DNA from: a virus
Taxonomy: Duplodnaviria; Caudoviricetes
IMG/VR virus record: IMGVR_UViG_2887198475_000002
Reading direction: 5' to 3' (one strand)
Length of the DNA stretch: 64,000 nt
Shown: piece after piece, positions 1-9,700 of the stretch
How the letters are laid out: every line of letters starts with the position of its first letter
Numbering within the stretch: position 1 is the first letter of the stretch
Translations under genes and position numbers: made by a program
Notes under the pieces: generated by a model
What the model saw: only the letters and a program-made list of their open reading frames with translations
The model's database searches: none
Told to the model about the DNA's origin: nothing

Positions 1-3000
1 GCCGTTGCCCGTGTCGCCCAGGTCCGCCCGGATGGCCGCGGCCAGATCCTTGAACCGCGTCAGCAGGTCAGGCCCGCCGTCGCTCCCGTCCTTGATGGCG
101 GCGTCCGAGGCCGACTTGTTGAGGCGATAGGCATTGCCGTAGGTCACGGCCCAGAAGCCCGGCCGCTGGCTGTGCATGGCCGGGAACATGGCGTCGATGT
201 TGCGCATCCAGGCGACAGGGTCTTGCTCCTGCCCCTGGTGGTAGACGCCACCGCTGTCAGTCCAGCCGCCGTAGCCGAGGCCGGCTTCCGTCCAGATGGT
301 GACGAGCCCACCATTCGCGGCGGACCACGCCTGAATCTGCCCCTCGATCGTCCCCCACTCCGCGGCAGATTTCGCGTCGTAGCTGTGGTGGTCCCAGAGC
401 ACCCGCCCGTCTGCGACGAACGGGCGCTTGGAGATCATCGCGCTGTAGTGCTTCCAGTTGTTCGCGCCGCACACCAGCACATAGCCGGGGAGAGCTTCGC
501 GCAGGATGCGGTGCAGCGCGACTTGGTGCAGCGTGTAGTCGGAATTGCCGCCCCATTCGTTCGCCGGGCCACACGCGAACTTCGTCCGGTCAAACTGGCG
601 CTCCGCAATCCAAGTCGTGCAGTTGCGGATGTGCTGGTAAATCACCGCCTCGTTTGCGGTGAAATCCTCCCAGGTGGTGAGCACGTCGGCGCAGTCGAGA
701 ATGACCTTGAGGCCGGCATCCATGTATGCCTTCGCGGCGTCGAGGATGCGCGTGAACTGCGCCTTGGTCGGCGGGCTTTTGCCTTCGCCCATCATGTCAT
801 ATGCAGGGCGCCAGCCATAAAACAGGCGGACGTAATCGAAGCCCTGCGCCTTGAGATACTTCCCATAGGTCAGGGCTCCGCCTGGGACGGCCCAGGCCCA
901 CCCGCGCTCGATGTCGGCCCCCATGTAGATGTCTTTGACCCAGGCTTTGGCGAAGGCGATATCCGCAGGATCGAGCGGCGCGCCGCCGGTCGGGTCGAGC
1001 GCGACTTTGCAGAGGCCGGAGTCAACATAGTAGGCGAGATCGTTGGCGTCGTAGACCTTCACGAAGTCGCCGGTGGCGACCATCCGCGCCGTAACCTGAA
1101 TCTGCCCCGTGGTCGGCACGACATTCAGCGCGGTGCGCCATGAGAAGTCCGACGACTTGACGACAACCCAACCGATCTTGCTGATGCCGGTGGACTTGAC
1201 GGTGAAGGTGTAGGGCGCGCCGGCGCCGGCCGTCATCTCGTAGACGGTGCCCGGCTGCTGCGGCGTGATGGAGAGCGAGCGCGTGCCGCCGCCCGGCGTG
1301 GAGGTGGCGATGGTGCAGACGCCGGAATCCGTCGTCACATTGAAGTCGTCGGCGTCCCACACCTTAACGAAATCTCCAGTCGCCATCAGCCGCGGCGCGA
1401 TCATGACGGCTTTGGATGGCGGGACTGACACGACCGTCGCGGAGCTGCGCCAGGAGAAGTCAGACGACTTCACGACGACATAAGCAACCCTGGAAACGCC
1501 GTTGGTATCAACCTGAACGTTCCAGACGGCCCCCTGCCCCTGGATGCTTTCGACCAGGGTTCCAGGGCTCCATGGGTTGAGGCGCACATAATGCCCGGCC
1601 TGCTTGCTCGCCAGCGTGGCCGCGCTCGTTGCCTGCGCCTTGGCGACAATGCCCCAGGACGACACCGAGATGAGTGTGACCTTCTGGGAATAGAACTTCT
1701 TGCTGTCGTCGCCGGGTTTCCTCACCACGAGGTAGTCGCCGGAGGCGCGGAACGGCACTTTGATCTGCTTGCCGGTCGAGGAGCCCGTGACGAGCGCCCA
1801 GGCGTTGCGGCCCCAATTCTGGGCGGTGAACACCGCCCACTCGAAGCTGTCGCCGCCCTTCGTCGTGACCGTGATTGTCCACTCGGCGCTGCCGTCCGGC
1901 GCCGCGGGCAGGCTGTCGGGAGACGACGGCGAGAGGGTGGCCTGGAACTCCACCACGGGCGGGACATAAGGGTTGACCGTGACCGGATCGGAGTAGGTCC
2001 GAACGGAATCGGTCCCAGGCTTCCGGACCGTGAGGTAATCGCCCGTCGCCAGGAACGGTACAGCCAGCGTAGCGCCGGCCAGGGTGCCGGTCAGGGTGGC
2101 CCACCCGGAGCGCGCGGCGTTCTGCGCCGTGAACACGGCCCATTCGGCGCTATTGCCGGCCGTCGTCGTGACCGTGGTTGTCCAGATCGCGGTTCCGCTT
2201 ACCCCGGCCATGATGCTCCCGGGACTCTGCGGGGAAAGCACGATGGCGAACGGATCGACATAGGGCGTGACCGTTACCCGGTCCGAATAGGCTTTTTTGC
2301 TGTCGTCCCCGGGCTTGCGGACAATCAGGTAATCGCCTGTCGCCCGGAACGGGACAGAGAGCTGGGCGCCCGCCGCGGTGCCGGTCAGGGTGGCCCAATC
2401 GGCGCGCGCGCCCTCGCTCAAGTCATGGATGCACCACTCGACGCTGTCGCCGCCGGTGGTGGTGGTGGTGATGGTGGTGGTCCAGGCCGCGGTGCCGTCC
2501 GCCGCCGCGGCCAGGGTGCCCGGGCTCTGCGGGCTCAAGCTGATCGTGTAGGGCACCGTGCCCTCTGCCGTCTCGGAGGCAACGAGCGGCAGGAACGTCC
2601 CGGCAATCGGCAGGTCGAGGGCGAAGCTGGCACTCATGCCGGCCGGCGGCGTGAGAGTGCTGGCGTTGTCGTAGATGCAGCCGTTGCGGCCCGTGCGTTC
2701 GCCGAAAAGGCAGTAACCGATTTCACGCTGGGCCGCGGTGCCGGCGCAGGCCGCATGCGTGATCCGGACCTTGTTCGCGCCGATGATCGCGGCCGCCGAG
2801 ACGGCGCGGATGGCGCCGTTGTCGCGCACCGACCAGCCGCGCCCGTCCAGCGCCTTGGCGTCCAGGGTCTTGAGCTGGGTGCCGCGGTCGTGCGTCACCG
2901 TTATGACGGTGGTGGTGGCGGTTTCCGCCCAGGCGTGCGTGATCCGCGGCCCGAGGCCGCCATAGTCCGCGGCCGGGCCGATGCCATACAGCGCCCGCAT

Positions 3001-3771
3001 CCACCGGCTGACAGACAGGGCAAGGCGCAGGCCCCAGGTCTTGAGATCGGGGCCGTCGATGTGGCTGGTGTCAGTCCCGCCCCGCGGTTCGGCGTCGCTC
3101 GTGTTCCGCAAGGCGATGTGGAAGTTCATCGCCGGATCGGTGGCCAGCTCGTGGAACACCTCGCGGATCATCCGCTGCGCCGCGGTGTTGCTGGGTGCGT
3201 AGGGGATCGGGAGCGGGGCGAATACAGGGAGCCGATCGGCGCTCTTACCCACCCAGGACCGCAGCAGGGTCAGCCAGCGAATGACCGCGGCCTTGTAAGT
3301 CGCCTTGTCCGCAGTGGTCCGCAGTTGGCTGTCAGTCTCCGTGTTGAGCCACCAAATGAGCGGGATGCGGTTGCGGTCCGTTGCAGTCAGCAGGCTCGTG
3401 ACGAAGTTCCGGACGCCGATGCCGGCATATCCCGGCCCCCAGGTGGACGGATCGCCACCGGCGGACGCATCGAGAAACCCGCTGTTGCTGCCAGAGACGT
3501 AAACCGGCGTCCCACCGTATGTTGACCACGTATTGTCAACGGCCCCCTGTTGCAGAGCCCAGCCGTCCGGCCCGGTCCACCCGCCAAGGGTATAGACCGC
3601 CCGCGGCACCCCCCACGCCGTCGAAAGCCCGCCCAGCAACTGCCCAAACGGCCATGGGTCGCCGCCGATGAAGTAGCCTTGATTCGACTGTCCAACCGCC
3701 AGCGCACCCGCATGGGTGACGGTCATTGTGCCGATCGGGGACGACGGAGGATCGAGGAGGAGCGCGGACAT
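1..3771 (-). CDS. Large virion-associated depolymerase-like protein: SGNH (SASA/CE6-like) esterase + ~5 beta-rich repeats + GH5-like domain; runs off window start
   Basis: Absent from the ORF track. Hand translation from ATG 3771 (both ends and part of the middle checked): AVGQSNQG...WWLNTETDS...DTSH (SGNH), then YLKAQGFDYVRL, GLKVILD, PANEW, HHSY, WTEAG (clan GH-A). Preceded by the GTCGTGAC motif. Confidence 0.8.
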   Translation of the reverse strand, partial: MSALLLDPPSSPIGTMTVTHAGALAVGQSNQGYFIGGDPWPFGQLLGGLSTAWGVPRAVYTLGGWTGPDGWALQQGAVDNTWSTYGGTPVYVSGSNSGFLDASAGGDPSTWGPGYAGIGVRNFVTSLLTATDRNRIPLIWWLNTETDSQLRTTADKATYKAAVIRWLTLLRSWVGKSADRLPVFAPLPIPYAPSNTAAQRMIREVFHELATDPAMNFHIALRNTSDAEPRGGTDTSHIDGPDLKTWGLRLALSVSRWMRALYGIGPAADYGGLGPRITHAWAETATTTVITVTHDRGTQLKTLDAKALDGRGWSVRDNGAIRAVSAAAIIGANKVRITHAACAGTAAQREIGYCLFGERTGRNGCIYDNASTLTPPAGMSASFALDLPIAGTFLPLVASETAEGTVPYTISLSPQSPGTLAAAADGTAAWTTTITTTTTGGDSVEWCIHDLSEGARADWATLTGTAAGAQLSVPFRATGDYLIVRKPGDDSKKAYSDRVTVTPYVDPFAIVLSPQSPGSIMAGVSGTAIWTTTVTTTAGNSAEWAVFTAQNAARSGWATLTGTLAGATLAVPFLATGDYLTVRKPGTDSVRTYSDPVTVNPYVPPVVEFQATLSPSSPDSLPAAPDGSAEWTITVTTKGGDSFEWAVFTAQNWGRNAWALVTGSSTGKQIKVPFRASGDYLVVRKPGDDSKKFYSQKVTLISVSSWGIVAKAQATSAATLASKQAGHYVRLNPWSPGTLVESIQGQGAVWNVQVDTNGVSRVAYVVVKSSDFSWRSSATVVSVPPSKAVMIAPRLMATGDFVKVWDADDFNVTTDSGVCTIATSTPGGGTRSLSITPQQPGTVYEMTAGAGAPYTFTVKSTGISKIGWVVVKSSDFSWRTALNVVPTTGQIQVTARMVATGDFVKVYDANDLAYYVDSGLCKVALDPTGGAPLDPADIAFAKAWVKDIYMGADIERGWAWAVPGGALTYGKYLKAQGFDYVRLFYGWRPAYDMMGEGKSPPTKAQFTRILDAAKAYMDAGLKVILDCADVLTTWEDFTANEAVIYQHIRNCTTWIAERQFDRTKFACGPANEWGGNSDYTLHQVALHRILREALPGYVLVCGANNWKHYSAMISKRPFVADGRVLWDHHSYDAKSAAEWGTIEGQIQAWSAANGGLVTIWTEAGLGYGGWTDSGGVYHQGQEQDPVAWMRNIDAMFPAMHSQRPGFWAVTYGNAYRLNKSASDAAIKDGSDGGPDLLTRFKDLAAAIRADLGDTGNG

Positions 3772-3786
3772 ACGCTCCGTTGTTCC

Positions 3787-3794
3787 GTCACGAC
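3787..3794 (-). promoter_or_regulatory. GTCGTGAC putative late-promoter motif
   Basis: 15 nt upstream of ATG 3771; one of 10 intergenic copies. Confidence 0.65.
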
Positions 3795-3795
3795 C

Positions 3796-3829
3796 AAAAA
3801 AGACGGGGGCTCGCTTCCGCGGCCCCCGC
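3796..3829 (-). terminator. Rho-independent terminator after spike gene
   Basis: Minus strand GCGGGGGCC-GCGGAAGCG-AGCCCCCGTC-TTTTTT. Confidence 0.7.
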
Positions 3830-3882
3830 AAGTTTCTGATCTTAGGAACTAGCTAACAAAGCTAAGGGGAGAATCATAACGG

Positions 3883-5232
3883 CTAACTGTAGCCAGGGCC
3901 AGTCCTCTGGCCAGTGCCCACGGCTTTGTCAGAGGATTCCTTCGCCAGACGTGCATGCTCCTGCGTATCGGCTGTCGCCGCCTCCGCGTCTGCCTGGGCC
4001 TTGGCCGCCTGTTCCTGGGCCGCATCCGCGGCCGTCGTGGCAGCCTCCTCCGCCTGTGTGGCGGACAGCTCGGCGGCGATCCTCATGCGGGTGGCCATCT
4101 CGCCCGGGTCGCCCAGGTCGAGCCCTGTCATGGCCTCCAAGGCGGCCTCGGTCACGACATCGCCCACCGGACCGAGTATGGCCTCCATCATGTCATCAAG
4201 GGACGATGTCTCGATGATGTCCCCAGTGACCACCATGGCCTCGCAGTTCACCAAGACGGCCTTGGCGTCCAGCACCAGTAGCTCTGATGAGGCCACCGCC
4301 ACCGGGCCGCCGCCGCCCACCTTGGTTGTGCCGGCCGCCCGCACGACAGCGTCCCCGCCGGTGCTGATCAGAGAATCGCCGACGATCTGAGCTGTCAGGT
4401 CCCCGCCTGCATTGACCTTGACCGCGCCCGCCGCTTGCACGCTCGCGTCGCCACCGGCAGCGATGCGCGCGTTGCCGACTGCCTGCGCCGTGACATCGCC
4501 GCCCGCCGTGACCGTGGCGTTGTCGGGCGTCTGCACCGTGATAGGCCCTCCTGCCGACACGTCCGCGGAACCGGCCACATGCACGGTGGCGTTGCCGCCC
4601 AGCTTCACCGTGCCGTTGCCGGTATAGTAGATTTCGAGGTTCCCGCCGCTCTCGATCAGCGTGTCCCCGCCTGGGCGGATGCGGGCCTTGAACGTCTCCG
4701 TGACGATGGTGATCGTGGGAGGATCGTTCTTCGGCAACTCCCAATTCTCGTTCGCCCCGTAGGGCGTCAGATCCTCGTGCTCGTCTGCCGGCCCTGATTC
4801 TGAATCGAAGCCGATCCGCACATAGGCGCCGCCCGTGTGATGAAATTCATAGCTACCATCAGGAGCGATCTGTTGCAGCGTGCCAGAGGGGTGCCTCCAC
4901 AGCAGGTCACGGTCCTGCTGATCCTCCGTGAACATGATCTGCGAGAGCGGGTGCGGGATGAAGCCGATCACGACCGACCGCCCCTCGACCTTCGCCACCA
5001 TGGCGAGCGTTGTTCGCTCCTCGTCGTTGGGATGCAGCCCGCCAGCTTCCAGCTCGGAAGGCGGGCGAGGGAGGTTATGCATTGACCATGCGCCCGTATC
5101 GGAACTGACGAACCAGTTCAACACGGGGACATTGTTCTCGCGCCAGCCGTCGTCGCAGTAGACGATTTCGACGCACCGGCGCTGCGGCCACACGGCAACG
5201 ACCTGGGCAAAGCGGAGGTTCATATTGGTCAT
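3883..5232 (-). CDS. Baseplate spike (gpV/gp5-like)
   Basis: WRHPSGT..IAPDG motif and G-N/D-A-x-V-x-A beta-helix repeats; follows hub gene. Confidence 0.75.
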   Translation of the reverse strand: MTNMNLRFAQVVAVWPQRRCVEIVYCDDGWRENNVPVLNWFVSSDTGAWSMHNLPRPPSELEAGGLHPNDEERTTLAMVAKVEGRSVVIGFIPHPLSQIMFTEDQQDRDLLWRHPSGTLQQIAPDGSYEFHHTGGAYVRIGFDSESGPADEHEDLTPYGANENWELPKNDPPTITIVTETFKARIRPGGDTLIESGGNLEIYYTGNGTVKLGGNATVHVAGSADVSAGGPITVQTPDNATVTAGGDVTAQAVGNARIAAGGDASVQAAGAVKVNAGGDLTAQIVGDSLISTGGDAVVRAAGTTKVGGGGPVAVASSELLVLDAKAVLVNCEAMVVTGDIIETSSLDDMMEAILGPVGDVVTEAALEAMTGLDLGDPGEMATRMRIAAELSATQAEEAATTAADAAQEQAAKAQADAEAATADTQEHARLAKESSDKAVGTGQRTGPGYS

Positions 5233-5247
5233 GGTGCCCAGGTTCCT

Positions 5248-5255
5248 GTCACGAC
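5248..5255 (-). promoter_or_regulatory. GTCGTGAC putative late-promoter motif
   Basis: GTCGTGAC-AGGAACCT, 15 nt before ATG 5232. Confidence 0.7.
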
Positions 5256-5335
5256 TTTCCCGTGTTTTCGCCTACGAGAATGCCGGGCGGCAGCGGCGAA
5301 GCTCGACGCCTCCCGCCCCCAGCCAGATATAAACT

Positions 5336-6775
5336 TTAGCGCGAATATGGACCTTCCCTTCCCTCCTGCCAGTACGGACGCGCGGCCTGATCCCTCATAA
5401 GGAATCCGGTGCCGCGCTCAAGCGTCAGCGCAGTTTCGAACAGCTTGAGAGGACGGAAGATGTGGGACACACGGGTAATATAGGCTTCCGACACGATTGT
5501 CCCGCGCGTGAGCTGGAAGTATCGTCCGATCTTGTATTCCTCATGGCCTTTCATGACAGCCGTGACTTCTTCAAGCGCCGAGTTGTCACGATTCATTTCC
5601 TTGAGTTCGATCGCCCGATGGCGATGCCACTCGATCACCTTGTTGCCTTCCTCGATGCGCCGCTGGCCGTTGAAGCGGATTGGCGTGTCCGTCACGTCAT
5701 TCGGCAGCAGCCGCGTCTCGACAGTCATCTTGCGCTGTCCGAAAAGGGCCTGTGCAGAGTTGGGATAATCGAAATCTTGCAGGTCGCCGTTCTGTAGCGA
5801 GGCAACATTTGCCTGCACGCTGGTATCGAGCATCGAACTTCCAGGTGGCACCCAATAAAAATTGGACACCCGATAGTCAGACCGCTTCGCATCCCAGGAG
5901 ACGACATCTTCCTCAGTGCGAGCGATCAGCCCCGGGTCCTCGGCGCCCTCCATGATGAAGCCGCCGCCGTAGACGTGCTTGAGCGGCGCGGGGCGGAAAA
6001 CCAAGTCCGGCCCTTCCTCCGTGTCCTCGACAAACAGCTCGTTCCACGGCCTGTCCGCGACCAACTCGGCAAGGCGCCAAAACGGCCCCGTGAAAGGCGC
6101 GACGAGCGAGCACGAGACGATGCCCTCCGGCACGCGCGGACCGACGAGGCGGAAGGGAGGGACATAGGCGCTCGCGAAGGCGGAGAGCTGCTCCACCTTC
6201 TCGTTCATGACGATTTCCACAAGCTGCTGCATGAAGTCGAACACAGGAAGATATGCGACCTCGATCCCGGTGGCCGCTTGCAGCCGGTATGTGTCGAGGT
6301 ATGGCGACGTTTCCGATGCATAGATCGTTTCAGGCAGGAGCTGATGAATCTGCCAGAGCTTGCCCATGTCCTGGCCCGTGATGATGACTGCCCGCTGGGG
6401 CTTGCCCTCCTCGCCGGCCAGGGTTTCGGAGCGGCGCAGCTCGGAGACGAAGCCGCGCATGACCAGCGGCAGCGTGCCGCCGGCATAGCGCCACGGCTCG
6501 CGCGCCATCCGGATCTCGATCATGTCCATCGGCTCGATCAGCCCGTACAGCGTATCGAGGCCCGCCGGATCCTCTCGGTCGGCAAAGCTGATTGAGAAAC
6601 CGCCGCACGGATCAAGCAGGCTTTTCGTCGTCCGCACCACGCCGGCGTCGCCCAGCATGGAGGTTATGTTGAACTCGGCATTGGCCGTCTGCCAGCGATA
6701 GGCGACGCCATTCGCGACGCCCACCAGCTTGATGAGCCGGATCTCTATGCCGGGACTGTCGCAGCGCACTACCAT
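5336..6775 (-). CDS. Baseplate hub / tail protein
   Basis: 479 aa between tape measure and spike; PMDMIEIRM, ITGQDMGK, PWNELFVED, YITRVSH patterns. Confidence 0.7.
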   Translation of the reverse strand: MVVRCDSPGIEIRLIKLVGVANGVAYRWQTANAEFNITSMLGDAGVVRTTKSLLDPCGGFSISFADREDPAGLDTLYGLIEPMDMIEIRMAREPWRYAGGTLPLVMRGFVSELRRSETLAGEEGKPQRAVIITGQDMGKLWQIHQLLPETIYASETSPYLDTYRLQAATGIEVAYLPVFDFMQQLVEIVMNEKVEQLSAFASAYVPPFRLVGPRVPEGIVSCSLVAPFTGPFWRLAELVADRPWNELFVEDTEEGPDLVFRPAPLKHVYGGGFIMEGAEDPGLIARTEEDVVSWDAKRSDYRVSNFYWVPPGSSMLDTSVQANVASLQNGDLQDFDYPNSAQALFGQRKMTVETRLLPNDVTDTPIRFNGQRRIEEGNKVIEWHRHRAIELKEMNRDNSALEEVTAVMKGHEEYKIGRYFQLTRGTIVSEAYITRVSHIFRPLKLFETALTLERGTGFLMRDQAARPYWQEGREGPYSR

Positions 6776-9700
6776 TTATGCTGAAGCTCCCCACGCCTTC
6801 GGCGCTTCGTATGCAGTGACGGGCAAGAACTCCTCGCCCCGGTCTTCGCCCTTGTCGGTTTCGTGGACCACGCGCAGCGGGGCGATGTTCGCGCTCGTGG
6901 AGACGCTGATCTGCTGCGCACCAGCGCCGGCGCCGGCCATGCCGGGCGAGCCCTGCTCGGCCAGCCGTGCGCGCTCCTCCGGCGGGAGCGCGGTCCCGTA
7001 ACCCGGCGATGGGACGGCCCCAGATGCCGCGGTTGCCGGTTCTGGCGACGGCATCCCGGTCGGGGCCTGGGGCAGATCGGCAGCAGGCTGCGGCGCATGA
7101 GCGGCCGCCGGCAGGACGATTGCCGATTCCGGCGGGCGGGGGGCGCCCGGCGGGACGATTGCCGGCCCTGGGGGACGAGGAGCGCCAGGGGGGACAGCCA
7201 TGGCGGCGCCCGGCGGCATAGCCTGGGCGCCCCCTTGCGCAGCTCCGGCCGCCGCCTCCGGCCGCGGGACCTGCGGCGCGGCAGCGATGGCCGCCCGCTC
7301 CTCCCCGATCCGGCGGAGCGCCAACGCCCCCTCTTGGTCGAACCGCCGCATGACGCTCGCCCGCTCGTTCGGGGTGGAGTTGCTGAAGCGGGTCCTGCGC
7401 TGCGCGTAGATGGCCTGCGAGATTTGCTCGTCGGTCAGACGCGCGACCTGTTCCGGGGTGCGCGCGCCCAGGCTCCGGACTGCGTCTTGCAGCACGCTCG
7501 CGCCGCCGGTTGGCCCCCGACTGCTATTCAGGCTCCGTCCAGGCCCGTGCTGCACGGCCGTAGACCAGACCACGTCACGCAAGGCGGCGCTGCGCCCCTG
7601 TAGGTCGATGCCCAGCTCGCCAGCGGTGCGCGCCAGCGGGTTATAGTGCGTGGCCTGGATGTGGGCGTGTTCGATGCCGGCGAAGCGCGGGTCGGTCGCG
7701 GCCTGCTGCCACGCCTGCCGGAACTGAGCCGTCCCTGCCAACGCCGCCCGGCTGCCGCCGGCGGCATCGAGCCGCGCAGCAATGTCGGGGGCCTCGCGCC
7801 GCAGGGTTGCCAGGAACGGCTCGACAGAGCCTCGCGCGCTGGCAAATTGATAGGTGCCATAGCTCCACCCGCCGGTGCTGTCCCGGCCGATCGCCGTGGC
7901 GCCGGCGCGCGCGCTCTCGAATCTGGCCGACAGGCTCCCTATCGGCGCGCCGTTGCCGGCTCCCCCGCCGGCGCCGGGGGGCGAGAGCTGCGGCGCCTGA
8001 GACACCCCGCCATTGGCGCCAGGAGAGAAGGCGACGCGCCCAATCCCCGGCTGCGAACCCGGCGCGCCCTCCTGCGCGCCCATTACGCCCGGCGGCACGC
8101 GCCCGCCCGCGCCACGCCCCGGGCGCGTCAGCTCCGGAGAAACAGCGCCGCCCTCCATCGGCGTGCCCGCCGCCGGCCCGTGTTCCTGACGCCGGATGGA
8201 CGGCCCGATCCAGCCGCCTCCCTGCGGCCTGTTCTCAGGCAGGCGCCAATCGCCGCGAGGCTGCTGCGGCACCTGGGCGCTCGGCCCCGGCTGCCCCTCC
8301 GGCTGCGCCGCGCCGGGCGCGGCTGGTGCGCCAGCTCGACCAGCGGAGCGCGGCTGCGCAGCCAGCCCGGGCGGCCGCGCCGGCGTGCCGGGTTGCGCCG
8401 GGCCGGGCGCTGCGCCGGGGCCTCGATCACCACCGGCAGGCCCAGCATTTGCGCCAGTTTCGGGCGCTGCGCCGGCGCCTCCCGTCACCGCCCCAGGCGG
8501 TTGCTGGGGCGCGCTGGGGCGGCCCAGGTTCGGGGCCGGGGCGCCCGCCGGCGCGGCCTGATTTCCGCCCGCCGGCGCCGAACCTCCCACCGGCGCGCCC
8601 GGCAGCGGGGCCGGGTTGGTCAGGGCATAGCGTTCGCCTGGGTCGCGGACGATCGCGGCCTCGCTGGGCGGCGGGACGGCCTGCTCGCCAGCAGTGCGCG
8701 CGGCCTCGACCTCGCCGGCCTGGGCGATCGGTGCGCCGGCGGCGGCTTCCTCCGCGGTGCGAGGCGCGCGCGCGAGCGGCGGCGGCTGGGTCGGCCGGCG
8801 CACGGCCGCGCCCGGCGGGCGGGTCGGGGTGGCGGGGAGAGGTGGAGCCGCCGCGGCTGGCGCCTGGGGCTGGCCGGCTGCCGGGACGGCAGGAGGCGCG
8901 CCGGGCGGTGCGGACTCTGCCGGGGGCGCCACCTCATGGCCGCCATCGAGAGGAGGCGCCGTGACGGTCCCCGGCATAACTTCGCGGCCAGCCTCCGGGA
9001 CCGGCACGGCCTTGCCGTCGCGCTCCGCCCAGCCTGGGGCGCTCCATCCGGCGGGGACCGGGTCGCCCTCGATCGGTCGCCAGGACGGATCAACATGCGT
9101 CGGCGTGACGCCGAACAGGCGGCGGAAGCGATCGCCGAGCGTGCGCTGCTGCGCCGGCGGCGGGGCAGTCAGAGGTTGCGGGTCAGGCGGGATCGGCTGA
9201 CCGGTCGGCGCCGGTGTCGGAGCAGGCGCGGGGGCGATCGCTCCGGCGCCGGCGACGCCAGCCACCGCACGAGCGGAGGGAGGCGCCGCCGCAGTCTGCC
9301 CACGCCCCTGGGCAGGAGGCAACGCAGGGAGCTGCGAGCCCGCACCCGGCGCGACAGAGGACGGCAGAGCGGCAGGAAGCGAAGCATCGCGCCCGTCGCG
9401 GCCGCCATCACCGGGCGCGCCTTCACCACCAGCTCCACCCGCACCGGCGGCGCTTGGAGTCTGCGGCTCCTCGCCCTGGCGCGGCACGCGCGAAGGCCGA
9501 CGCGGGAGCGGCGCGACAGCGCCGCCGGCAGGGGGAGGCAGAATAGGCGCCGGAGAAGCCGGCAGGGGCGCATTCTGCCCCCCATCGGCCCCGGGCGCCC
9601 CCGGCTGACGTGCGTATCCCTGATCGGCGCGGCGGATAATGTCGGACGACGGCCGGACAGATGCCGGCGGATAGCCGGACACCGCGCCGGGGCCGCGCTC

